64,000 nucleotides of DNA from assembly GCF_006345805.1 (NCBI RefSeq), contig NC_043001.1, positions 89,714,001 through 89,778,000 on the forward strand, given 5' to 3'. This DNA comes from Octopus sinensis (lineage: Eukaryota). Every line of letters begins with the position of its first letter. The stretch's first letter is position 1. Of the stretch, positions 52,145 to 64,000 are shown piece after piece. The position numbers and the translations under genes were made by a program. Under the pieces are notes generated by a model. It was given only the letters and a program-made list of their open reading frames with translations. It was not told the DNA's origin and made no database searches.

Positions 52145-52372
52145 TACATACATACATTTTTTTCTTACTCTAGGCACAAGGCCTGAAATTTTGGGGGAGG
52201 GGGCCAGTTGATTAGATCAACCTCAGTATGCAACTGGTACTTAATTTATTGCCCCCCAAAAGGATAAAAGGCAAAGTCGACCTCAGTAGAATTTGAACTC
52301 AGAATGTAAAGACAGACGAAATACTGCTAAGCATTTCTGCCGGTGTTTGAACATTTCTGCCAGCTCGCCACC
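52145..52372 (-). mobile_element. SINE family A copy
   Basis: Matches 844-1073. Confidence 0.75.
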
Positions 52373-52599
52373 TTTATATACATATATATCAAAGGAGGCA
52401 CAAGCACTTTCACACACATGTATATACACGACAGGAACTTCTGCCACCCAAATTCAATCACAAATCTTCAGTCAGCCAGAGGCTATATGAGAAGACTTGC
52501 CCAAAGTGCCACACAGTGGGACTGAACCTGATACCATGTGACTGAGATGCAAGTTTGCTAACCACACAGCCATGCCTGCACCTACAGTCATGCCTATGC

Positions 52600-52950
52600 A
52601 TAAATATAATATAATGAAATTATTATATAGTGTTCAGGTGCACCACAACTTGTCAAAAGTGCGTATAAAGCATATGAAGTAATGTACAAATGTCTGGAAA
52701 GCGAACAGTGTATGAGTCAGATACATGCTTGCGTGTGTATGGAGGGGAGAAAATCAGGTGTAGTGTTGGCGAATCTCAGGAAGCATGGAGGTTTTGAAAG
52801 ATGCAGTGCTCTGACAGCTAGCAACTGATGCCGGCAGTCTGTTCCATGCTTCAGCAACTCTTAGTGTGAAAAAATGTTTCCGAAAGTCATGGGAGCTGTG
52901 CTGTTTTCTGACTTTATAAACATGTCCACGGGTGTTAGACAGGTGGAGTT
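52600..52950 (-). mobile_element. CR1/L2-type LINE 3' end
   Basis: TRGHVYKVRKQHSSHDFRKHFFTLRVAEAWNRLPASV. Confidence 0.75.
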
Positions 52951-53356
52951 TGAAAAGGTGCTCAGAGTTATTGTGAGTAAGATGGTGTGTATACATGCAT
53001 ACATACATTGAGTATACTTTGCCTGAATGAAAAACGGCGTGATCATGAGTGAGATGACATCTATCACACACATTTGTTGGATAATGGATGGCCTGAAAAT
53101 AAGCATCAATATTAACTACTACTACAACAATAGCAATAACAAGTGAAATATACTGAAGAAAATAAAATTTTAAAAAATCATTTAAGAAATTATTGTTGTT
53201 CATTTTTATTTATTGAAAAAAAATTAATATGTGAAAAGAAAAAAACACACCAAAGGAATGAATAAATAACAAAGATGGGTTCCTTATGCCCCCCTTATAG
53301 CAGGCAGGTTGTATAAGGTCTACAGGATCTGTAATAGTTTGATCTGAAGCTCAGTT

Positions 53357-53710
53357 TTATGACATTTCTCCAGTGCATGGCATCAGTTCTTCTTTCTGCT
53401 GCAATACAGAGCCATGTCGAGGTGTTCCCCACGGGGACACTAGTTGCACCTGTTCTAAAGGTGATATTGTTGCTCTGCGCATGCAACTGAATGCACAACC
53501 TGAAATAGTGAGCAAGATTGCTGTGAACAAGATAAAAAAGCCAAAAATGTGTAAGCCTCCAAATTTTGGGAACCCAGTCTCATCATAGAAAGGGACAACA
53601 GTTATTGCAATACCAGGGATCAATAAGGGCAAGCCAAATATAATGAGACATGGACCCATAATAGTTCCCAGTTTCTGAAAAGTTGTTATGCCCTTCCGTC
53701 CATTTGGCAT
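53357..53710 (-). CDS. Small two-transmembrane protein, family unassigned (117 aa from this ATG; possible N-terminal exon at 53980-54086)
   Basis: Non-repetitive ORF with two hydrophobic helices (IMGPCLIIFGLPLLIPGIAITVVPF; LHIFGFFILFTAILLTISGCAFSC), then basic RR and a polar tail; pyrimidine tract and AG just upstream; tandem AATAAA on the minus strand at 53205-53214. Confidence 0.75.
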   Translation of the reverse strand: MPNGRKGITTFQKLGTIMGPCLIIFGLPLLIPGIAITVVPFYDETGFPKFGGLHIFGFFILFTAILLTISGCAFSCMRRATISPLEQVQLVSPWGTPRHGSVLQQKEELMPCTGEMS

Positions 53711-54452
53711 TTTGAAAGGGCTGGCTTAAGACTTCAACAGTTGATAAAACAGTAGGGAGAGAAAAAAGAATTATTTCCCTTATTTTGGTCTTTACTATTA
53801 TTATTATTTTTTTTAACAAGGTCCTTTTTTATTAATACATTTAAATGTTTTGTGTTTCTTGTTTGTGTTGTTAAATTCCTTGTTTTCTGTTTTTAGAATT
53901 GCTGTTTTGGACGAGAAACCACCTTGAAGGATATTTCACAGTGGTTTTCTGCTATTGTACCAGTCCAACTGATATTTACCAACAACAGACCAGAGGGACC
54001 TGGTTAGTAGGTGCCCAGGGTTTGAGTTGAGCATTGTCTGATGTTGGGCAACTATTTCCTGTTGTTTGAATCTGATTACACTTCATGAAAAGACTGTGTT
54101 AACTTCTGTAGGATTTCTCATCGTCCTTTTTCTCTTTCTTTGAAAAACAGGTGAAAATAATAATAATATTTTGCCTTATTATGTTAATATAGTAAATAAG
54201 AGGTATAATGAGAAGAAGTCAATGATGATGGTAGTAATAGTAAAAGCAGTAGTAGCAGCAGCAGCAACAGAAGTAGTAGTAGTAGTAGTATTAGCAGCAG
54301 CAGCAGCTGAAGTTGTAGCAGCAGTTGGTCTGGAAGCTTTGGTTTTGATGAGGTTTAATATTGCTCCAAGCTTAGTTATGTAGGGCTGCCCCAAAAGTAA
54401 CCTGAAAGACAAAGAAAAAAAATCTTAAATTATAGAAATTCTGATAAAAATA

Positions 54453-55727
54453 TTGGGTTGTTCGGAAAGTTTGTGTCGATTTATAGTAGCTTACCTTTCA
54501 ACTTATTTTAGAACAAGGTTGAGTCCATAAAATAGGATTTGACTCCACCTCCATTTATAGCACAATTTAAGCTATCTTTTCATGGAAGAAGGTTTATGTT
54601 CTTATAACCTGTGTTAATTCTGTAACCCTTTAAAATGGAAGATAACAAAGTTCATTTTTGGCACTTGATGCTTTTCTTTTTCTGTAAAGGAAAAAATGCC
54701 TCACAAGCAACCTAAGAAATATGCGCAGTTTATGTTGATGTTTCTTTATCCAAAAGAACTGTATGGAAGTGGTTCGCAAGGTTCTGCGAGCTGGAGATTG
54801 TAGCCTTATTGATAAAGAGCAATCAGGCAGACCATCCACTACAGATGATTACCAAATCAAATCATTAATTGAGAATAACACACATTGCACAACCCGAGAA
54901 TTGGCAGAAAGCCTCAACCTATCAAAATCTGTTGTTCATGAGCACCTGGTAAAGCTTGGGTACACAAATCACTACGATGTTTGGTTACTACATGAGTTGG
55001 GTGAGAAGAACCTTTTCGATCTGTGATTCACTTTATAAACAGAATGAAAACACGCCTTTTTTAAAGCAAATTGTGACAGGTGATGAGAAATGGATTATCT
55101 ACCGAAATGTACAGAGAAAGCAATCCTGGAGTAAGCAACATGAGCCACCCTTAGCCACCCCAAAAGCAGGTCTTCACCCTAAAAAAGTCTTGCTTTGTGT
55201 CTGGTTGGATTGGAAAGGAATTCTGTACTATGAGCTTCCCCCAAGTAATCAGACAATTAATTCTGAGAAATACTGCACACAACTGGATGAGTTAAAAGCA
55301 GCAATTCAAGAGAAACGTCCAGAATTGGCCAACAGGAAGGATGTTGTTTTCCAACATGATAATGCAAGACCGCATGTTTCTTTGGTAACCATACAAAAAT
55401 TGCCACAGCTCGGCTGGGATGTGTTACCCCACCCTCCATATTCACCAGATATTGTTCCTTCAGATTTCCACTTATTCAGGTCTCTGCAGAATAGTCTTAA
55501 TGGTAAAAATTTCAATTCCTTTGATGACGTAAAAAGATACCTTGATGAATTCTTTGCCATGAAACCACCTCAATTCTATGAAGAGGGTATTTTCAAGTTA
55601 AAGGAAAGATGGAGACGCATTGTACAACAAAATGGTTCATATTTGGTTGATTAAAAATGTAATGGCAAGTATTTATTGACCTTTTTCTTTCCTTTAAAAA
55701 TCGGCATGAAATTTCCGGACAACCTAA
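54453..55727 (+). mobile_element. Full-length (1275 bp) frameshifted mariner transposon, DD34D
   Basis: About 30-bp TIRs with TA TSD; GDEKW, HDNARPH and HPPYSPDIVPSDFHLF; 34 residues between the second and third Asp. Confidence 0.95.
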
Positions 55728-55937
55728 TATTTTATGGTAGTGGAAGTTTTGGATAAACTGTGCAGGAATTGGGGGATGGGTTGAAAAACATACACAAACA
55801 ATAGGCATAGTGTGACTTATGAAGATAAACATATGCAAATTACAAGTAGAATGCAGAAGTTTAAATATGTATTTCAGTTAACAGAGATGTGGGTTATATA
55901 AAATGTACATATATATAGAGAGGTGTAGTGTGGGCAA

Positions 55938-56134
55938 TACTAGCATAGCAAGAGTGTGTGCTGCTTGGGACATACCTTCCTTTTGGTGCCCTGGACCCTA
56001 CCATAAACACATATTGCTTACAGCAACAGCCTACAACAGGATGAAAAGTGCCACCCTTTTAAAAGTCCTGCCCCTTTAAAAGTGCCATCCGGGCCAGACC
56101 GTCCCCCCCCCCCCCCGCACGAGCTATGCTAGTG
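55938..56134. mobile_element. hAT-type MITE
   Basis: TIRs (T/C)ACTAGCATAGC; perfect 8-bp TSD GTGGGCAA at 55930-55937 and 56135-56142. Confidence 0.8.
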
Positions 56135-56323
56135 GTGGGCAATGCCACACAAATGGCAGTTGCTCTAGGAGTAAAGTTTTTGGAAGCCCAAAATTTCTGA
56201 TGGGGAAAAAATAAAGTAGTTATAATAAATAAAATACCAAAAAACAATAATATGTCTTCCTCCTCCTCCTCCTCCTCCTACTACTACTACTACTGCTGCT
56301 GCCACAACCAAGCGCGGGTATAG

Positions 56324-56925
56324 GCGCAGGAGTGGCTGTGTGATAAGTAGCTGGGTTCAGTCCCACTACATGGCACCTTGGACCAGTGGTTTTCAACCAG
56401 GGTTCCGCCAGTACAGTCCAGGGGTTTCGCAAGAAGTTACAAAACTGCTAAAATCGGCAGTAATTTTTAATTCTCCTGTGCAGATATGTGTGCATAAGAC
56501 TATTAAATTATTGCACAGGGGTTTCTCGAATCAGTGGAATGTTTCCTTGGGGTTCCGCTCCAGCAAAAAGTTTGAAAAGCACTGCCTTAGACAAATGTCT
56601 TCTACTATAGCCTTGGGCCGACCAAAGCCTTGTGAGTGGATTTGGTAGACGGAAACTGAAAGAAGCCCGTCGTATATATGTATATATATATATATATATA
56701 TGCGTGTGTATATGATTGTGTGTCTGTGTTTGTCCCCCCAAACATCGCTTGACAACCGATGCTGGTGTGTTTACGTCCCTGTAAGTTAGTGGTTTGGCAA
56801 AAGAGACCGATAGAATAAGTACTAGGCTTACAAAGAATAAGTCCTGGGGTTGATTTGCTTGACTAAAGGCGGTGCTCCAGCATAGCCACAGTCAAATGAC
56901 TGAAACGAGTAAAAGAGTAAAGAGT
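56324..56925 (+). mobile_element. SINE family B split by a hAT MITE
   Basis: Family B head at 56324-56383; the remainder resumes at 56585. Confidence 0.8.
56384..56584. mobile_element. hAT (Charlie-like) MITE nested in a SINE
   Basis: TIRs CAGTGGTTTTCAA / TTGAAAAGCACTG; TSD CCTTGGAC / CCTTAGAC. Confidence 0.85.
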
Positions 56926-57050
56926 AATATCAACAAAAAGATTGCTTTCCAACCATATGGTTCTGAGTTCATTCCCACTGTGTGGCACTTTGGGCATGTA
57001 TCTTCTACTGTGAGTGCGATTTGGTAGACAGAAACTGAAAGAAGCTCAGA

Positions 57051-57121
57051 TCATTGGAATCTGATGAATTGTCTATAAAGCTAAGCGCTTTATGGATGTG
57101 AAACCATTGGTCACTCTATGA
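57051..57121 (+). ncRNA. Type I hammerhead ribozyme
   Basis: UCAUUGGAAU-CUGAUGA-AUUG UCUAUAAAGC UAAGC GCUUUAUGGA UGU-GAA-ACCAUUGGU-C^ACUCUAUGA: canonical core, GUC triplet (cut after 57112), 10-bp stem II, palindromic stem III, imperfect ~9-bp stem I. Confidence 0.82.
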
Positions 57122-57749
57122 CTGGACATATATTTTTACTTCATCTAAATACATTACTGCTCTAACCTTTAGAATGTGGTTCTTCTTCAAATATGTGATC
57201 CCCGACGATGTGTGTGTGTGTGTGTGTGCGTGCTTGTGTGTGTGTGTGTGTGTGTGTGTGTGCATGTGTCTTTATGTCTGTGTTTGTCTCCCACCATGTT
57301 GTTGATATATTTACTTCCCTGTAACTTAGCAGTTTGGCAAAAGACACCAATAGAATAAATACCTAGCTTTAAAAAGAATAAACTACTGGGGTCGAATCAT
57401 TCAACTACAAATTCCTCAAGGGGATGCCCCAGCATGACCGCAGTCTAATGACTGAAACAAGTAGAAAAGTAAAAAAGATAAAAAACAAGCCTACAAGGAA
57501 GTCTGTATGTGATTGCTCACTCTACTAGAAATAGCAGCCAAATCTCAATTAAATAGCAAATAGAATAGTATGGTGTTATGTAATGTGAATTAAGAAGTAT
57601 GATGAAGTGTAATGAGGCTTTGTGTTGTATTGTGTAAGGTATGGTGAGATGTACGATGTATTTGCTCAGTGCGTGGGATCTTTCCAATACATTATGTTTT
57701 AAGCAATTATTGTTATTGTTATTGATGGTATGTTGCAGTGTAATGGGGT

Positions 57750-57780
<31 letters not shown>

Positions 57781-58782
57781 GGTGGTGGGGAAATCAGATT
57801 AGAGAAATAGTAAAATACTGAGCACTGAAATACATGGTGGATTGTAGACCTATCCAACCCACAAAAAAAAAAACCAAAAAACAAAACAGACACAAAGTGA
57901 AACGTTATATAGTTGATGATAGCAACTATACAGTGCCGGTGATGGAGGTGGTGATGATGGGGATGATGGTGGTGGTGGTGTTGGTGGTAGTGATTAATAT
58001 TATCATTAGCATCATCAATATCATCATCAGTACGATTAACATCACCATCAGTATCAACATCAACACCATGACTATCAAGACCTCCCTCCTTTACCACCAC
58101 CACCACCACCACGTCGTCGTCATCGTCATCATCATTGTCGTCATCGTCATCATCATCGGCGGAGGTGGCATCATCATCATCATCATCATCGTCATCATCA
58201 TCATGTTTCTGCCTTCAGTGTAATAATTGATCTGTTATCTCTGTGAAGTCTTCCATTATCACAACATGTACAATGTTACAGAGTTTGGGTTAGTGAGTAG
58301 TCTGATGACAGCAATACTATCATACACCACCACCACCACAACTTTTACTACCATCACCATCACCCCACCCCACCCCCACTGCCACCACCACCACCACCAC
58401 CACTGCTGCTGCCACCACCAATACCACTCTCAACACAATAATATAGATGTTTGTACATAGTGTGTGCCATTGATTAGATAGTTCTTGTACTGCACACAAT
58501 CAATTCAGTAGCACAGTACTGCAGTTAAATGGGGGTAGGATGGGGGGAGGGGAGGGAATTGGTTCAATACCATGCTGATGGTTCAACTTTTATTGTTTGT
58601 TTATACATGTGTGTGTGTGTATAATATACACATACTATGTATACCCACACATCATATGTGTATACATATATATATGCGTGTGTGTGTGTGTATATATATG
58701 TATTATATCTATGTTGTGTAGGTGTGTGGGTGTGCATATGTGTAAATAGATACACACACACACACACATATATACATGTCTT

Positions 58783-58846
<64 letters not shown>

Positions 58847-58955
58847 AACAAGCACACACACACAGACATAGATATATATATACACACATACATACTCATG
58901 CGTACACAAACACACACACACTCACATGTGCATATACATACACAGAGAGTCAGCA

Positions 58956-59021
58956 GAGCATAGAACAAAATGCCATTTAGAATTTGTTTCAGAATTCTAA
59001 AAGGCATTTTGTCCTATGCTC
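58956..59021. other. 66-nt hairpin (29-bp arms, 2 mismatches, 8-nt loop)
   Basis: GAGCATAGAACAAAATGCCATTTAGAATT-tgtttcag-AATTCTAAAAGGCATTTTGTCCTATGCTC. Confidence 0.85.
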
Positions 59022-60692
59022 AAATCCCACCAAGATCAACTTTACCTATCATCAGCCCACACCAGGTGACTGGCAGAACTGGTAGAGCATCAGATGGAAT
59101 GTATCATGTTATTTGTTCTGGTTCGGTGCATTCTGAATTCTTAAGTCACAGACTTAATTCTGTAACCCAGTTTAAGAATGCCACCTGGCACCTTGGGAAG
59201 CTTTACTGGAAATCACTCTGTTGCAAGCATTAGATCAAGTCTCTGGTTTGAGGATAGCTTCCTCTTTTCATCCCACTAGTCTTGAAAGCTCTGGAAAAAT
59301 AAAGGGTGATGGGTACTGCGCTTACCTCTCTGGCTAAGTGATAAAAAATGAAAACACAATGTTGTGATCATTGCTGTTGTTGTCATCGTCATCATCATTG
59401 AGTACAGTGAACAAGACGAGACAAGTCAGATATCTTGGTCATCCACTACATCCACCCCCATCGCTAATTATCTTGACCTGGTCTTGCTACTGCATTGATG
59501 ATGGTCAAGGATGGGAGAGTGCCGTTGATGGTGTGCAACGCTTCCTCATTTTAAACTTTAGTATTCAGATTTCTCTGTCAAATGTAATATTTATTTACAT
59601 AGATTTGAATTATGTGTTATCTTGTAGCTTTGAGATTTCAGTGATGTGATTGATATCTTTAAAGTAATATTGTAGGGTAAGTGTGAGAGGCCAGATTAGG
59701 CCGGTTTGAAGATAAAACAAGTAGATTATTTTGGCTGGATATAGCTGATTTAAATGCTAAAGGGTTAAACAAAGTCATCACACAAGTCATCAGTCCTCCT
59801 TAAGGATGACTAAATAGTCTTCATCACTCTGATGGATGTACTCTTTAATCACAATAGCTAATCCATCTGTTGAGTCCACTTGAACAAGTTGTTTTGTCTC
59901 TCCCATGTAGTCTTCTCAGTCAACAACCTTTAACACTTTCATTACTGTATTTCTGTTGAGATGCTCTGTATTTCTTTCAATTACTTTAGATATACAAAGA
60001 ATTTAGGTTATTGTTCAGCTAGTGTTAGGAACATAAATTGTGACTAAGGTTTGGTGGAAGATTTTAATTCAAAACTTATGAAAACAAGACATTTGTACTA
60101 CAGAGCCAGAGCTGGTTTCAGCCGGGTTGGTAATGAAACGGTTAATAGTAATATTTCCATGCCTTTTCCTTCTTGGTATTAATATGGACAAGTGTGCTGG
60201 TATTATTTCATGCACACATTTCCCTAGAGGGATCTTGATGCATACTGACCTTGCAATCTGCAACATATGATACCTCTGATCCTTTCATTACAGGACATTA
60301 GTAAATCTGTAATTTCTTATTTGTAATTTCTCTCCTTGCTATGTATGTGAACCTGACACCTACATTTATTCTAATGACCTGATATTTTCACTTGCTTCTG
60401 TCTTTCTTTCAATTTTTCGTGGTCGGTTCATAGCTACCATGGCTCTCTCCCTCCCTCTTTCTTTCTCCCTCCCTCTGTGTTGAACTGTTCCACCATGTGT
60501 TATACACATGACACATACACAGGCACACACTCATAGCCACTACTATATACACACATACAAACAGACATACATACATATACACACATACATACAAACATAC
60601 ACACACACATACATGCATGGATGCACACACACACACATGCACGCACCCACATAGATAGACAGATAAATAGACAGACAGACAGACAGTCAGAC

Positions 60693-60735
<43 letters not shown>

Positions 60736-61536
60736 CAGACAGATAGATAGATAGATAGATAGATTGACAGACAGACAGACAGACAGACAGATAGATAGAT
60801 AGATAAATAGATAGATTTAGAACAAAGAAGGAAAACTGTGTAATGTTGATAGTCAGTTGCTCAGCAGATGTTACCATAGAGCTAAAGATCAACAATACAG
60901 AAAATGCCTATGCTGAACTGTTTATAAATTCACAGGTACTTCACCTGGACTACGACTTTAAATTTATACCAATAATTATTAGGGCACTTGGATATGTAGC
61001 CTCAGTGCCAATCTTGAAAAATTAGGGTTCTTGAAATCAGAAAAGAGAAAGCTAATTAGAAGGCTACAGAAACAGGCCATGATTGGAACTGTCGAAATAT
61101 GTAAAACTTTCCAAAAGTTTAGCATGTAAGATATAAGTACATATACACATGTCTAGACATACAACTATATATATGAGTATACATACATAAATATCTGCAC
61201 ATATACCAACACCTAATACTTGCATATATGCATGCAAACATGCACAACTGCCCTGTTCATGTTGTTGAAATTCCAATGAAGGAACCTTGGATCTAGGTTA
61301 GAAACTAGCTCTAGAAATAAAATTACCTATTACCAACATTCACCTATTTTCAAGCAAGATAGTATTTTTTGCCACTCAAGAGATGTTTTCACAAAGGATT
61401 ACAAACAAGTGTCACCGCTTGTATGATGATGTAGTCTGTCTATAATTTGTGTGTAATATCATGATAAAAACATACTCCCCCACTACCAGACACATACACG
61501 TGTGTGTGTGTGTGTGTGATAGTGGGGTGGGGTGTG

Positions 61537-61727
61537 CAGCAAACTGGCAGAATCGTTAGCATGCCGGGCGAAATGCTTAGCGCTATTTTGTCTGCCGCTA
61601 TGTTCTGAGTTCAAATTCCACCAAGGTTGATTTTCGCTTTCATCCTTTTGGGGTTGATAAATTAAGTACCAGTTACGCACTTGTTTGTCCCCTCTATGTT
61701 TAGCCCCTTGTGGGCAATAAAGAAATA
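61537..61727 (+). mobile_element. SINE family A copy
   Basis: Matches the reverse complement of 844-1073 with an internal deletion. Confidence 0.75.
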
Positions 61728-62960
61728 ACACGTGTGTGCGCATACACATGCATGCAATGGGCTTCTTTTTAATCCATCTTCTATGCTGGCAGAGATTTGA
61801 TGATTCAACAGGCTCTGATGAGTAAGAAGACTGCACAGTGCTCCAGTATCTGCTTTGACATGGTTTCTGTGGCCGGATGCTCTCCTTAATGCCAATTACT
61901 CACAGAGTGAAGTGGGTGCTTTTTTGCAGAACCAGCACTAGTGTGGTTGCCATGTAACTTGCAAGATTAAAAAGCCCCTCAACTGACTGAGGCTAAATAG
62001 AGAGGGGAAGTGGCTGTATGCTAGGTGTTGAGAGGCTGGAGTATGTTAGAGGAACTAGTTTCTTGCTGTGGGGGAGATACATGGCTATCCTGTATTAAAT
62101 AAAGGTAGGTGGGAGTAGTTGAGGTGAAGATGGAAAGAGAGATATAGATGGTAGTGATGAGGTATCAGAGCATACTCCCAAAGTACAAAAAAAGTTTGGA
62201 GACAAAGATCAGAAAGCTTCAGTAGATAAAGGTTGCAAGAGTAAGGAAGAGGGTGAAAGATGGTTAGAGATGAGAATAGGAGTGGTCAATGATATATATG
62301 AGTAGGAGGGAGGATGATAAGAATGAGGGATAAATGTCAATAGAAGTGGCTTAGGGAAGTGGAAGTGATGACTAGTAGTACAGAAAGAGTGAAGAACATC
62401 AGAATGGTAACACAGCAGACAGTGGAAGAATGAGAGATGACAGGCAGGTGTTGGTAGGTAAAGGTTGTAATAGTTGGAAAAGCATGAGATGTACAGTGAT
62501 GGAGTGGAATCAGTTAGAGGCACATAGGGGAAAATGTAGTGAGTACCACATAACGGTGGGTATTGTCGATGGTAGATATGAAATCATGTTAAGAATGAGG
62601 AATGGGTTCAAAGGAGATGGAGAAATAACTAGTAGCACAGAAAGGAAGTAAATATCACTTTTACTCCTAAGTAAATTACAGCAGCAGAATATATACATAT
62701 TATCATTGTCACGATCACTATCATTTAACATCCATGTTCAATGCCGGCATAGGTTGGGCAGTTTGACAGGATCCAATGGGTCAAAGGATTGCATCATATT
62801 TCCATGTCTGCTTTGATATGGTTTCTACAGTTGAATGCTCTTCCTAATGCAGCATGTACAGAGTGCTTTTGTGTGCCACCAACAATACACATGTATGTAT
62901 ATGTGTGTGAGTGTATGTTAATAGATAGATAAATAGATAAATGTAGTTGAGATGGATGTA

Positions 62961-63650
62961 CAGGGTGGTCCAAAAGTCTTGTTACCTCCCACCAGAAAGT
63001 AATGAGAACAATAGAACAAGTAATGCAGTATTCCAAAGCAAAAACTGGATTTTGTTAATTCACTTTCATAGATGCTGTCATGCATTGAGAAGGTCTGCAT
63101 GAACACCATCATGATGTGGCACCATGTCCTGTGTGATATTTTTCAAAGCTGTGCTTTAGTGATTGTTGCAAAGGCTCTCCGAATGGTGTCCTTCAACTGA
63201 TGGGTATTCTGGTATTGTTCATATGAAACTCTCTCCTTGGGAATACCCCCACTGTGTCATCGCAATACGTGAGGTCTGGCCTTCTGGAAGGCCAACTGAC
63301 AGGTGCTGGAAGTTGTGAATCTTGCCTTATCCATCTATCCAGAAAAACTTCATGTAGGTATTCCCTGACAGTGATAGCATAGCAGGGTGGGGCACCATCT
63401 TATTGGAACCAACAATCATTCAGGTCAACATTAAACCTCTGGAGCTGTGGAACAAACCACTCCCTTAACATGGCAAAGTAAGGTTGCTGGTTAACAGTGC
63501 CCTTGAAGAAATAGGGTCCTACCAGGTGCTTACTTGATATGGTGGCCCAAATCATTACATGTAGAGGGGTTTTGCTAAACCAAAATATAATGATAATAAG
63601 GACAATAATAAACAATATGTAGTGGGTAACAAAACTTTCAGACCACCCTG
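62961..63650 (-). mobile_element. Internally deleted IS630/Tc1/mariner element
   Basis: TIRs CAGGGTGGTC(C/T)(A/G)AAAGT with TA TSD; remnant WATISSKHLVGPYFFKGTVN...WFQ*DGAPP. Confidence 0.85.
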
Positions 63651-64000
63651 TAGTTAAGTAACTTGGTGCATAACCACAAAATCTTGGGTCTGATGCCCCT
63701 GTATGGCCTTTTCAACAAATGTAATTTTCTATAGCTTTGAATCTGAGTCAACCCATATCTTGTGAATGAAGATGGGTACATGGAAACTGTATGGAAGCCT
63801 ATCAGGCTGAAATCTGTAATTGTTATGGGTAGATGTATCTGTGGAATACTCAACCATTCTCATGTAAATTCAGGAGTAAATAATTCAGTTGATTGAATAA
63901 CTGAATCTGTATTGTTGAACAATGGAGAACCACCACCATTGACCACACACACACACACACACATCCATACAAACACATATAACAGACATACACGTACATA

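Overview
AT-rich, microsatellite-dense eukaryotic DNA. The SINE/RTE/Penelope/mariner repertoire looks like a coleoid cephalopod, probably Octopus (inference). About half of the window is transposon debris: an RTE LINE, CR1/L2 fragments, a rearranged Ty3/Gypsy element, a Penelope remnant, three mariner copies plus one Tc1-like element, Helitron- and hAT-type non-autonomous elements, and many tRNA-derived SINEs. Two host genes can be supported. (1) The 3' part of a plus-strand gene built from symmetric phase-2 microexons of 33-36 nt (1450, 9987, 12219, 12947) and a terminal exon (20807-21017); together they encode four PPxY motifs. (2) A compact minus-strand gene for a small two-TM protein (53357-53710). 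The most unexpected signal is a set of type I hammerhead ribozyme motifs. Three have an intact catalytic core (42726-42767, 48133-48210, 57051-57121) and several are decayed. Two sit inside 325-bp and ~500-bp units with terminal direct redundancy, which resembles retrozyme-like (circular RNA) non-autonomous elements inserted at microsatellites. All alignments and folds were done by eye; no database searches or folding programs were run.
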